A stretch of 64,000 bases of DNA from assembly GCA_963664705.1 (NCBI GenBank), contig OY761556.1, positions 1,600,001 through 1,664,000 of the forward strand, written 5' to 3'. Source of the stretch: Acidobacteriota bacterium. Its GTDB lineage: Bacteria; Acidobacteriota; UBA6911. Under the pieces are notes generated by a model. The model saw only the letters and a list, made by a program, of their open reading frames with translations. It was not told the DNA's origin and searched no databases. Made by a program: the position numbers and the translations under genes. Positions 19,874-28,434 of this stretch are shown piece by piece. Positions within the stretch are counted from its first letter, which is position 1, and each line of letters opens with the position of its first letter.

Positions 19874-20809
19874 ATGAAAACGATTTTAAGTTCAATCCGG
19901 TCTTTAAACCAGAATCCTATTTTATACAAACATGCCCGGTTTCATGTCATGACCTTCGGGCTGTTTTGCGGTATTGGCTCCTTTTTGTTTGCCCTGGTTT
20001 TCCTTGCATATTTAGCGGTCGCCGGTTATCCCCTGGCCCACCCCATGCTCTTGAGCCTGGCTGGCGCGGTGTGTGTCATCCTGGGGGCCAGGCTGCTTGC
20101 GCTCGTGGCGCTTGGGAGGAACCTGTTTGACAAACCCATGCATTTTTTGGGGAAGACGGCATTTTTTAACCAGGGAGGCATAATCGGAGGCTGCCTTTTC
20201 TGCTTTCTGATCTATAAATTCGAACACATTCCTCTTTGGATTGCTTTCGATGGACTGTGCCTGGCCGGTACGTGCTGCCTGTTCATTGGGCGACTGGGCT
20301 GTTACAACTACGGGTGCTGTCATGGGCGCGTAACCACTCGTGAAGCGCTCGCGGTTTATTATACGCACCCGGAAAGCAAGGTCATCCGGTTAAATCCAAA
20401 ATTGTGCGGGGCGCCGCTGGTTCCTACTCAGTTCATGATGGCCTCCTTCCATCTGGTCATGGCAGTGGCGATGGTCGTAATGCTCGGTTATGGTTTGCCG
20501 CCGGGTCTGAGTGCCCTCATTTATTTTGTGGCGGATAGCGTGTTCCGAATCATCGTTCAGCACTACCGCTATCATGAGTTTTCCGGGCCGAGGCATTTTC
20601 ATTCCTGGATTGCCGTGGGATTTACATTTGCCGGCATTTGCCTTTTGATCAGTTACCTGAACTATCCTCCTATTCTGCCGGGCGTTAGTTTCCAGCTTCA
20701 ATTAAGTTTGAGCCAGTGGGTCATTTATACAGGAGCTTCGCTTGTGGTCGGGTTGACGGCGTTTGCGTGTTATGGAATTCATGGCAAGGAGATAGGAAGC
20801 ATCTTTTAG
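19874..20809 (+). CDS. Prolipoprotein diacylglyceryl transferase (Lgt)-like membrane protein
   Basis: GARL, GGIIGG, GRLGCYNYGCCHG, VPTQ and FRIIVQHYR motifs resemble the Lgt family; ATG at 19874. Confidence 0.7.
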   Translation: MKTILSSIRSLNQNPILYKHARFHVMTFGLFCGIGSFLFALVFLAYLAVAGYPLAHPMLLSLAGAVCVILGARLLALVALGRNLFDKPMHFLGKTAFFNQGGIIGGCLFCFLIYKFEHIPLWIAFDGLCLAGTCCLFIGRLGCYNYGCCHGRVTTREALAVYYTHPESKVIRLNPKLCGAPLVPTQFMMASFHLVMAVAMVVMLGYGLPPGLSALIYFVADSVFRIIVQHYRYHEFSGPRHFHSWIAVGFTFAGICLLISYLNYPPILPGVSFQLQLSLSQWVIYTGASLVVGLTAFACYGIHGKEIGSIF

Positions 20810-20826
20810 CGCCTTGAAAAATTTTC

Positions 20827-21699
20827 ATGGTGAGGGATCCAATGCCCCTGCAGGCAATTTGCATTTTTCAACTGATGATGGCTTTCAGTGCCGTTCAGGC
20901 TGCCAATTACGATCCGGCTACTGCGATCGACCGGGCCTTCAATCATCTATACAATTATGATTTCGCGGGTGCGCAGGCAATTCTGGACGAGCATATTCAA
21001 GCGCATCCCGAGGATCCCATGGCCTATTCGGTGCGTGCTGCGGGCATGCTGTTTGCCGAGTTTGATCGACAGAAGATCCTGGAGATGGAATTTTTTGCGG
21101 ATGACGAGAAGGTAACCAACAAACACAGGATTGTTTCGGATCCAAAGATCAGAGAACGAGTTTTTCAAACGACCGCGGAAGCTCGAAAACGAGCCAAGGA
21201 TCGTATGGCAATCCACCCGCAGGATCGGGATGCTCTGATGGCGTTGTGCATGGCCACCGGTATCGAGACGGACTATAGTATCTTAATAGAGAAAAAATAT
21301 TTGCGCAGTTTTTCGCTCTCCAAGGAATCGCAAGGATATGCCCGCACGCTTTTGTCGCTGAATCCTCCGGCCTATGATGCTTATTTGACCCTTGGCTCGG
21401 TTGAATACACGGTTGGCAGCATGAACTGGTTCTTCAAGCTGTTTGTTCATTTCGATCAGATCGAGGGCAACAAACGGAAGGGGATTGAAAACCTGGAAAA
21501 GGTGGCGGTAGGGGGGCATTATTACCGGCCGTTTGCCAAAATGCTGCTTGCGGTGATTCATCTCAGGGAAAATCAGCCGCAGAAATCCCTGCAGTATTTG
21601 CATGAACTGGTTGCGGAATTCCCCCAGAACCCGCTGGCCCCGGAGCAGATTGCCAGGATCACCGAGAAGATCAACCGGTCCAGAAAACCTGGTAAATAA
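20827..21699 (+). CDS. Exported TPR-like helical protein
   Basis: Signal peptide (AVQA/ANY) and TPR-like helix pairs (LSLNPPAYDAYLTLG; LVAEFPQNP). Confidence 0.7.
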   Translation: MVRDPMPLQAICIFQLMMAFSAVQAANYDPATAIDRAFNHLYNYDFAGAQAILDEHIQAHPEDPMAYSVRAAGMLFAEFDRQKILEMEFFADDEKVTNKHRIVSDPKIRERVFQTTAEARKRAKDRMAIHPQDRDALMALCMATGIETDYSILIEKKYLRSFSLSKESQGYARTLLSLNPPAYDAYLTLGSVEYTVGSMNWFFKLFVHFDQIEGNKRKGIENLEKVAVGGHYYRPFAKMLLAVIHLRENQPQKSLQYLHELVAEFPQNPLAPEQIARITEKINRSRKPGK

Positions 21700-21778
21700 T
21701 TAATCCCGCATGCAGAATCCGGCGAAATGGGGCAGCCTACGCAGCACAACGCTGCCCAAATTTCGCCAATCATCGTTA

Positions 21779-23176
21779 TTAGTCTTCCGGGCGCTCTCCC
21801 TCCGGAGCCATTTTGACCAGTTTGGGGTCAAACCGGGCAATAATTTCCACTAGGTCCGATTGAGCATTCATTACCGATTCAATATCCTTGTAACCCATGG
21901 GTACTTCATCCAGGCCGGCTGAAATCAGGACAACATCATGTTCGGCCAGAAACTTTTTCCCATCATTCCAGGTATAGCTGTTTTTGGTCATGGTGCGGCT
22001 CAATCGGCGACCTGCGCCGTGGGATGCGGAGTTCATGGATTCCGAAACTCCTTTTCCCCGGACGACATATCCGGGAGTCGCCATCGATCCCGGAATGATG
22101 CCAATCGTGCCTTTGCCGGCCGGCGTCGCCCCCTTTCTGTGGACAATGAGATCCTCTCCGAAGTGGTTTTCCTTCCAGGCAAAATTGTGGTGATTCTCGA
22201 TATCGAGGAGAACCTTCGCTCCCAGCAACCTGGCGATATCCCTGTGGATCAGGGAGTGGTTGGCGGCTGCATATCTTCCCATGAGCTCCATGGTCTGCCA
22301 ATACTCCTGACCGGCTTCACTCTCCAGGGCCAACCAGGCCAGGTGGGTCAGTTCTTTGGGAAGCTCAGGGTGAAGCCTCATTGCCAGCCGGCTGTAGTAG
22401 GTGGCCACATTTCCACCTGTACCGCGGCTGCCGCTGTGGCTCAAGAGCGCGAAATGGGTTCCGTTCTTCAAGCCCAACTCATCACGGTCCAGCGTCAAAG
22501 TGCCGAATTCGACAAAGTGATTGCCGGAACCGCTGGATCCCAGCTGATGGGCGGCCTTGTCTCGGTTTTGTCGGAGAATATCACTGAATGACCAGTCCTC
22601 CTCCATCACGGGGTGCTCTTTTCGCTTTCGGAATCCTCCTCCAACTCCAAAGGAAGTTGCCTGTTCGATGACGTTCCGGAGGCGTCCTTCTTCGCCGCGG
22701 ATTGCGGAAACAGGAAGGTCCAGAACGGTCAGCTTCATTCGACAGGCAATGTCCATTCCCACGGCATAGGGAATGACGGCATTGCGCGTCGCCAGGACTC
22801 CTCCAATAGGCAGACCATATCCGACATGGGCATCGGGCATCAGCGCCCCTGCGATGGAGACAGGAAGATTGCAGGCATTTTCCATCTGTCTTATCGATTC
22901 CATGTCCATATCGGATCCCCACCGCCGATAGGGCGCCGGCTCGGTTCGCGGCAGGAATTTGGACCGCGCGGTTTCCGATTCGATAAGAGAAGCGGCCAAA
23001 GCCGACCAGACCGGGTCGTCCAGGTGGGATTGGGGATTCCGTGCGATAGCCTTCATCCTCTCTCTTGCCGATTCCCGCGAAGCTCCGCCCTTCAGGACTT
23101 CCTTTATAATCTCGATCGCCAATTTGACGGGCTTTCCTTTTGGGATGCCCAGATTTTGTATCTCTCTCGATTTCAC
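21779..23176 (-). CDS. rtcB: RNA 2',3'-cyclic phosphate/5'-OH ligase RtcB
   Basis: LMPDAHVGYGLPIGG, DIAC, GSGNHF, HSGSRG, HRKGAT and SHGAGR motifs. Confidence 0.96.
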   Translation of the reverse strand: MKSREIQNLGIPKGKPVKLAIEIIKEVLKGGASRESARERMKAIARNPQSHLDDPVWSALAASLIESETARSKFLPRTEPAPYRRWGSDMDMESIRQMENACNLPVSIAGALMPDAHVGYGLPIGGVLATRNAVIPYAVGMDIACRMKLTVLDLPVSAIRGEEGRLRNVIEQATSFGVGGGFRKRKEHPVMEEDWSFSDILRQNRDKAAHQLGSSGSGNHFVEFGTLTLDRDELGLKNGTHFALLSHSGSRGTGGNVATYYSRLAMRLHPELPKELTHLAWLALESEAGQEYWQTMELMGRYAAANHSLIHRDIARLLGAKVLLDIENHHNFAWKENHFGEDLIVHRKGATPAGKGTIGIIPGSMATPGYVVRGKGVSESMNSASHGAGRRLSRTMTKNSYTWNDGKKFLAEHDVVLISAGLDEVPMGYKDIESVMNAQSDLVEIIARFDPKLVKMAPEGERPED

Positions 23177-23191
23177 CGCAGTGCTCCATTT

Positions 23192-24214
23192 TTATTTTGG
23201 GCTGATATCAACGCTCCAGATAAGACGATCCAGCTTTGCTGTCGCGATCTCCACATCCAGAAACTTTTTGATCACTTCGATGTTTGTTAGGGAATGACGG
23301 CTCAACGGGACGGTCCTGAATGATCCGCCGCCCGCCAATGCCATCGGAACCATTAACTGATCGGCTAAATGCCTTCCGACAGGAACTCCGGACGACAGAT
23401 ACTCTCTCACTTCGTCGCTGAGAAGCGTGGCCACACGATGGGCCGGGATGCCTCGTTCTCCGAAGCCGGTAAAGACCTCTGTGGCATTTTGGCTTTCAAT
23501 CCGGCAACTCAATATATTCCCCGGACCCCGTGAATCCCGGATCTCCAGCACCTTGAAGCATTCCTCTCCCCAGGCAAACTTGGATTTGAGAATACCGATT
23601 TCGGTCTCGGCAATTTGCTTCGGTATCTGGGAAACCATGCCGACCGCTTCCTTTCGCAAAATCGGTCCTCTTTCCGTCAGGTCCACCCGTGCAAGCTTCT
23701 GCACCGGCTCAATTGTAATTGTAAGCTTTCCTCCGCCTGCCGGATAGAATCCGTGGCGCTCCAGGCGGGATTCCAACACGGGTCCCATACGATTCAGGAT
23801 CGGAATAAATGCCTGTGCCAGGAACTCATAGGGTGGTGCATATTGATTGTGCGTGCCCCCCTCGAGGACAATTGCCGATTTCGACTTTGCTGTCAGGAGC
23901 GCGGGTAACACGGTCTGCAAAACGAGCGTTGTACTTCCCGCCGTACCGATTGCCCAATGGTAGGAGCCGCCGTTTATCATCCCTGGGACAAAAGAAAGCC
24001 GCCCGGAGCCGATCTCTGCGCCTTCCACCTGTGCCCGGCTGATTTCTGTGGCGGCATTCACAGCCGTAAGATGCTGCCGAAGAAGCCCCGGTTTTTCCCG
24101 TTTAGATCGGATGTGTTCGATTCTGAAAGGCTTGCCCGTTACCAGGGACAATGCCAGTGAACTCCGCAGAATCTGCCCTCCGCCTTCTCCCAACGAACCA
24201 TCAATCGTAATCAT
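23192..24214 (-). CDS. rtcA: RNA 3'-terminal phosphate cyclase RtcA
   Basis: MITIDGSLGEGGGQILR, PGLLRQH, GGTH, GFYPAGGG and HLADQL motifs. Confidence 0.96.
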   Translation of the reverse strand: MITIDGSLGEGGGQILRSSLALSLVTGKPFRIEHIRSKREKPGLLRQHLTAVNAATEISRAQVEGAEIGSGRLSFVPGMINGGSYHWAIGTAGSTTLVLQTVLPALLTAKSKSAIVLEGGTHNQYAPPYEFLAQAFIPILNRMGPVLESRLERHGFYPAGGGKLTITIEPVQKLARVDLTERGPILRKEAVGMVSQIPKQIAETEIGILKSKFAWGEECFKVLEIRDSRGPGNILSCRIESQNATEVFTGFGERGIPAHRVATLLSDEVREYLSSGVPVGRHLADQLMVPMALAGGGSFRTVPLSRHSLTNIEVIKKFLDVEIATAKLDRLIWSVDISPK

Positions 24215-24267
24215 CCTGGCACCTGTCCGGGGCGTGCGGCACCATCGAACGTGCCGCACGCCAGTGT

Positions 24268-25374
24268 CTAAAGCATGTTAATGACCTGCTCTTTTAGTCC
24301 TTTATCTCCGAGAATGACCTTGAGTTTTGAGCTGCCGGCCACCTTCTCCAGAACTTCCAGTTCCCGAAGCCTCATCAGCGACGGATTTTCTTCAATCAGC
24401 CTCGCTGAATTCAGCTGACTTCGAATCGCTGCAAGCTCCTCTCTCCGGGAGATGAGATTGGCTTCCGATGCCTTTTTCGCTTCAATAACCTTATTCAACA
24501 GCATCTTCATATCGCCCGGGAGAATGATATCCCGAATCCCGAGACCAATGATTGCCACCCCGAAAGCATTGGCCCGCTGCCGGACCATGGATTCCAGTTC
24601 GCCCGCGACGGCCGACTTGTCCGCCAGAAGCGAATCCAAATCCCTGGTTCCAATCACCGCGCGCAACGCAAGCTGTGCTTCCCGGTACAAGACCTGGCTG
24701 ATGTCGTTGACGGTCTCCACTGCTTTGCGCGCATCCGTAACCTGGTACGTCATGAGCGCATTCAAACGCAGCGAAACCTTGTCGGAAGTCATTATTTCCT
24801 GGCCCCCGATGTCCAGAACCGTCTCGCGGGTGTCGATCGGATATAGTTTAACCTTACCCGATTTATTCCAGAACGAATACTGTCCGGGCGGCAGAATCCT
24901 GGCGTATTCTCCATCCTTGAAATAGACGCCGACATAACCGTCCTCGATGGAAAAAGGAGTCAGTGCTTTGTCCGCCTCCCGCGACTTCAGGATGACATCA
25001 AGATCCCTGTGATTGAACAAAGTGGATCGGGCGTCGACAATCTCCGTATCGATTTTGCGAAAACCCGTCCAGAGCGCGTACTGGCCCGGAGTCAGAACGC
25101 GATCAAACCGGCCGTCAATCCAGACAAGAGCGCGTTCCTGATCTTTCAGATCCAGAATAATCGCTCCCTTATCCAGGGCTTCGGATTTGATGATCAAATC
25201 GAGATCCTTATGCTCCAGCCAGGGATCGCGCCCAGACACGGTTTCCACGCGGACTTTATTCAGGGGATCCAGGAACCAGTATTTGCCGGGGGCAAGGATC
25301 TTTTGGAACTCTCCATCCTCAAAAAGAAGTCCCTTCTCATAAGAGCGAATTTTGATTCTGCTGAGAAGCCACAT
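24268..25374 (-). CDS. Slipin / SPFH (band 7) family protein
   Basis: N-terminal repeats (LAPGKYWF, LTPGQY, LPPGQYSF), GQEIMTSDKV, IRDIILPG and LMRLRELE; GGGAGGT RBS. Confidence 0.9.
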   Translation of the reverse strand: MWLLSRIKIRSYEKGLLFEDGEFQKILAPGKYWFLDPLNKVRVETVSGRDPWLEHKDLDLIIKSEALDKGAIILDLKDQERALVWIDGRFDRVLTPGQYALWTGFRKIDTEIVDARSTLFNHRDLDVILKSREADKALTPFSIEDGYVGVYFKDGEYARILPPGQYSFWNKSGKVKLYPIDTRETVLDIGGQEIMTSDKVSLRLNALMTYQVTDARKAVETVNDISQVLYREAQLALRAVIGTRDLDSLLADKSAVAGELESMVRQRANAFGVAIIGLGIRDIILPGDMKMLLNKVIEAKKASEANLISRREELAAIRSQLNSARLIEENPSLMRLRELEVLEKVAGSSKLKVILGDKGLKEQVINML

Positions 25375-25396
25375 GATTTACCTCCCGTTTTGATGG

Positions 25397-25632
25397 GGCC
25401 CGCTGAAGGAAACGCCGATCGATCACACGACGGACGCGGAGTTTTGCGGGAGCATCCGTTCGCTATAGCCATCCGGTCGGCCGTTACCGCGTGCCGTCTG
25501 AATACATCGCACTGGATGCCGCATCCGTGAAACCACAGGGCGCCCTGGGTGAGTGCCCGCGAGCATTGACGACAGGACAACCGCCGTCTTCGCTCCGGGG
25601 CCGATCAATCAGGCATTTCTTTTCAGCGAGCC
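25397..25632 (-). ncRNA. Putative structured RNA module 3 of the rtc leader
   Basis: Closing helix GGCUCGCUGAA-AA-GAAAUGCC-U-GAUUGAUC / GAUCGAUC-GGCGUUUC-C-UUCAGCGGGCC (~27 bp including G-U pairs) enclosing several hairpins. Confidence 0.55.
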
Positions 25633-25645
25633 GTTTTGTTGTGTC

Positions 25646-25720
25646 CACCATAAAGTGGTGCAGGATTCGAACCTGCGTCCGACGGGGTGATCCCGTTGCT
25701 CTGCCACTGAGCTAACCAGC
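25646..25720 (-). ncRNA. tRNA-like RNA (pseudo-tRNA) in the rtc operon leader
   Basis: UA-GCUC-AGUGGCA-GAGC (D arm), ACGGG-AUCAC-CCCGU (5-nt loop), CGGAC, GCAGG-UUCGAAU-CCUGC (T arm); only a 4-bp acceptor stem UGGU/ACCA. Confidence 0.8.
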
Positions 25721-25835
25721 GTCAAACAGTCGCTTCGTTACAACCCATGGAAGGAACGCGCGGCACTGAAACCTGTGTCTTGCCGAATATACCAGGCGTA
25801 GCCGCCCGCCTTTGGCCCGCTTCTGTTGACGACGG
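25720..25835 (-). ncRNA. Putative structured RNA module 1 at the transcript 5' end
   Basis: CGUCAACAG near the predicted +1 pairs with CUGUUUGACG about 100 nt downstream. Confidence 0.4.
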
Positions 25836-25845
25836 AATAACCTAT

Positions 25846-25861
25846 TGCAACGATCGTGCCA
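25846..25861 (-). promoter_or_regulatory. sigma54 -24/-12 promoter of the rtc operon
   Basis: TGGCACG-ATCG-TTGCA, a perfect consensus match, divergent from rtcR. Confidence 0.92.
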
Positions 25862-25966
25862 AAAGTTCCTGCCTGTCAGGATAAAATATAAGTGTAATAA
25901 AATGAATAAGATGCATAAAAAGCAAAAATTGGTATTAAGGAAGGCAGGTTGGTCTGTCGGTAAAAG

Positions 25967-25992
25967 GCTATTTATAAATATAAATAAATAGC
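25967..25992. promoter_or_regulatory. Candidate RtcR upstream activating sequence
   Basis: Inverted repeat GCTATTTAT-N8-ATAAATAGC about 105-130 bp upstream of the -24 box, in an AT-rich spacer. Confidence 0.45.
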
Positions 25993-26007
25993 TTATAAGA
26001 TAAAAAT

Positions 26008-27594
26008 ATGAAAAGAGTGGTGATAGGCCTGTTAGGAACGAAGCTGGATGCAGGGAAACGTGCGGACCGATGGAATCACTGGCGGCCTTCCGTCAGCCTT
26101 TGTCAGCATGAGGATCTGTTGATCCATCGCTTCGAGTTTTTATATCCGCAGAAGTATCTATCTCTCGCGGAAACCGTGCGCGACGATATCCGGAGTGTTT
26201 CTCCGGAAACGGAGGTGATTCTTCGGCCGGCGGATTTTGCCAGGCCCTGGGATTTTGAAGAGGTTTACGGGACGCTACATGATTTTTCGCGGGAATATCA
26301 TTTTGAGCCGGATGGTGAAGAGTATCTCGTTCATATCACCACGGGAACGCATGTGGCGCAGATCTGTCTGTTTCTGTTGACGGAGGCACGCTATATTCCC
26401 GGCAAGCTGATCCAGACCGGGCCGCCCAAAAGGGAAGGGAAGCAGGATCCCGGCTTTTTCGATATCATCGATCTGGATCTTTCCCGTTACGATCGGATTG
26501 CCACGCGGGTCAAGCAGGAGCTTCAAAACGATATTTCCTATCTCAAATCGGGGATTGAAACCTGCAATGCCGATTTCAACCGGCTCATTGTCCAGATTGA
26601 AAATGTCTCGATGCACTCAACCGAGCCGATTCTCCTGATCGGCCCGACCGGTGCGGGGAAATCCCGCCTGGCGCGGCGCATCTATGAACTGAAAAAATCG
26701 CGAAGTCAGTTGAGCGGCGGGTTTGTCGAGGTGAACTGCGCGACCTTGCGTGGCGATCAGGCCCTGTCGACGCTCTTTGGTCATCGAAAGGGTGCGTTTA
26801 CGGGAGCCAGCCAGGACAGGCAGGGACTGCTGCGCGAAGCGGACAAAGGAATGATCTTCCTGGATGAAATTGGGGAATTGGGCCTGGATGAACAGGCGAT
26901 GCTGCTTCGGGCTATTGAGGAAAAGCACTTCTTCCCGATGGGTTCGGATCGGGAAACCGAGAGCGATTTCCAATTGATCTGCGGAACGAATCTGGATCTT
27001 CAAACCCGCACCCAGGAAGGCAAATTCCGGCAGGACCTGTATGAACGCATCAATCTTTGGACCTTCTATTTTCCGGGACTTCGGGAACGGCGCGAGGATA
27101 TCCGGCCGAACATCCAATACGAATTGGAGCAGTTTGCCAGGAAGCAGGGAACGCTTGTCCGTTTTAATAAGGAAGCACAGGAAGATTTTCTGAATTTTGC
27201 GATGTCCGATGAAGCGAAGTGGACCGCGAATTTCCGGGATCTCAATAATGCGATTATTCGAATGGCTACCCTGGCGCCCGGAGGCAGGATTACGCGTGAG
27301 GTGGTCGAGGAAGAATTGGGACGGCTTCGACGGAAATGGAATAAGGAAGGCCATAGCGGAATACTGGAACAGTTGCTGGGGGCGGAGCGGATCGCGAGTC
27401 TGGATTTGTTTGATCGTATTCAGTTGACGGAGGTTTTGCAGATCTGTTCGACTGCGAGAAATCTGTCGGATGCCGGTAGAATTCTCTTTTCCGTTTCACG
27501 CCAAAACAGGAAAATCTTCAATGATGCGGATCGACTCAAAAAATATCTTGCCCGATTCGGTCTGCAATGGAGCGATTTGGACGTTGGACGTTGA
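26008..27594 (+). CDS. rtcR: sigma54-dependent RNA repair activator RtcR (CARF + AAA+)
   Basis: WRPSVSLCQH, PWDFEEVY, HITTGTHVAQIC, Walker A GPTGAGKS, GAFTGA, FLDEIG and NDADRLKKYL motifs. Confidence 0.96.
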   Translation: MKRVVIGLLGTKLDAGKRADRWNHWRPSVSLCQHEDLLIHRFEFLYPQKYLSLAETVRDDIRSVSPETEVILRPADFARPWDFEEVYGTLHDFSREYHFEPDGEEYLVHITTGTHVAQICLFLLTEARYIPGKLIQTGPPKREGKQDPGFFDIIDLDLSRYDRIATRVKQELQNDISYLKSGIETCNADFNRLIVQIENVSMHSTEPILLIGPTGAGKSRLARRIYELKKSRSQLSGGFVEVNCATLRGDQALSTLFGHRKGAFTGASQDRQGLLREADKGMIFLDEIGELGLDEQAMLLRAIEEKHFFPMGSDRETESDFQLICGTNLDLQTRTQEGKFRQDLYERINLWTFYFPGLRERREDIRPNIQYELEQFARKQGTLVRFNKEAQEDFLNFAMSDEAKWTANFRDLNNAIIRMATLAPGGRITREVVEEELGRLRRKWNKEGHSGILEQLLGAERIASLDLFDRIQLTEVLQICSTARNLSDAGRILFSVSRQNRKIFNDADRLKKYLARFGLQWSDLDVGR

Positions 27595-27612
27595 ACGTTG
27601 GACGTTGGAACG
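27577..27612 (+). repeat. Heptamer tandem repeat (TTGGACG-like x5)
   Basis: TTGGACG TTGGACG TTGAACG TTGGACG TTGGAACG, overlapping the rtcR stop codon. Confidence 0.85.
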
Positions 27613-27631
27613 TGGAATAACGGAGGGAATG

Positions 27632-28369
27632 ATGGATCTGAAGTTGAAGGATAAGGTGGCACTGGTGACCGGAACCGGCAGCCAGACGGGATATGGCAGA
27701 AATATTGCCGTAACACTTGCCAGGGAGGGGTGTCCCATAATTTCCGCAGACCTCGACTTTGATGGAGCGAAGCGGACCGCGTCCGAAGTAGAGTCCTTGG
27801 GCGTGAAGGCACTGCCTATCAGAGTTGATGTGACGAATCGGAAAGAGGTGGATGCCATGGTGCAGGCATCCATCCATTTGTTTGGAAGGATTGATATTCT
27901 CGTCAACAATGCGGGCGCCAGCAGCCGCGAAAAGCCCTTTATGGAGATGACAAAGGCAGACTGGGACATCGATATTAATGTGAACCTGATAGGCCAGATG
28001 AATGTTGCTCAAGCTGTGATTCCGTTCATGATTTCACGAGATTATGGAAGGATCATCAACACGACGGGCGGGCGAGGGATCCCGGGCATTTCTGTTTATG
28101 GCGCCGCGAAAGCAGGGATTGTCGCGTGGACACATGCGCTGGCGGCTGAAGTGGCCCCCTTCGGCATCATCGTCAATGGAATTGCACCGGGCTTGGGCAA
28201 TACGGGGCTTACGCAAAATGCTCCGCCGGAGTTCAAAGAACCGAATATCCAGCGCTCCATGATCAAACGGCTTTGCCGACCCGAGGATGTCGGTCCTGCA
28301 GTCGCCTTCCTCGCCTCAGATATCTGCAGCTATATGGCGGGGCAGTTCATCGAACTGAGCACATTTTAG
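27632..28369 (+). CDS. Short-chain dehydrogenase/reductase (FabG-like)
   Basis: VALVTGTG...GYG, LVNNAG, YGAAK and VNGIAPG motifs; GGAGGG RBS. Confidence 0.92.
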   Translation: MDLKLKDKVALVTGTGSQTGYGRNIAVTLAREGCPIISADLDFDGAKRTASEVESLGVKALPIRVDVTNRKEVDAMVQASIHLFGRIDILVNNAGASSREKPFMEMTKADWDIDINVNLIGQMNVAQAVIPFMISRDYGRIINTTGGRGIPGISVYGAAKAGIVAWTHALAAEVAPFGIIVNGIAPGLGNTGLTQNAPPEFKEPNIQRSMIKRLCRPEDVGPAVAFLASDICSYMAGQFIELSTF

Positions 28370-28373
28370 ATAT

Positions 28374-28426
28374 CATTCAACGTCCAACGTCCAACGTCCA
28401 ACGTTCAACGTTGGACGTATAACGTT
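28374..28426 (-). repeat. Heptamer tandem repeat (CGTCCAA-like x5), inverted relative to the 27577 array
   Basis: CATTCAA CGTCCAA CGTCCAA CGTCCAA CGTTCAA CGTTGGACG. Confidence 0.85.
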
Positions 28427-28434
28427 TGCAGCCG

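Noticed and set aside
25260-25715. Short ORFs in the rtc leader (61-106 aa)
   Set aside because: No recognisable motifs or RBS, mutually overlapping frames, and the region is better explained by RNA structure.
25646-25720. Functional tRNA, including tRNA-Sec or an opal suppressor (the loop centre reads UCA)
   Set aside because: The loop is 5 nt, the acceptor stem is 4 bp and there is no long variable arm, so it lacks tRNA-Sec architecture. It is kept as a tRNA-like RNA.
25375-25861. Canonical YrlA Y RNA with Ro60/Rsr
   Set aside because: The arm order is D-anticodon-T rather than the permuted YrlA order, and no TROVE-domain gene is in the window.
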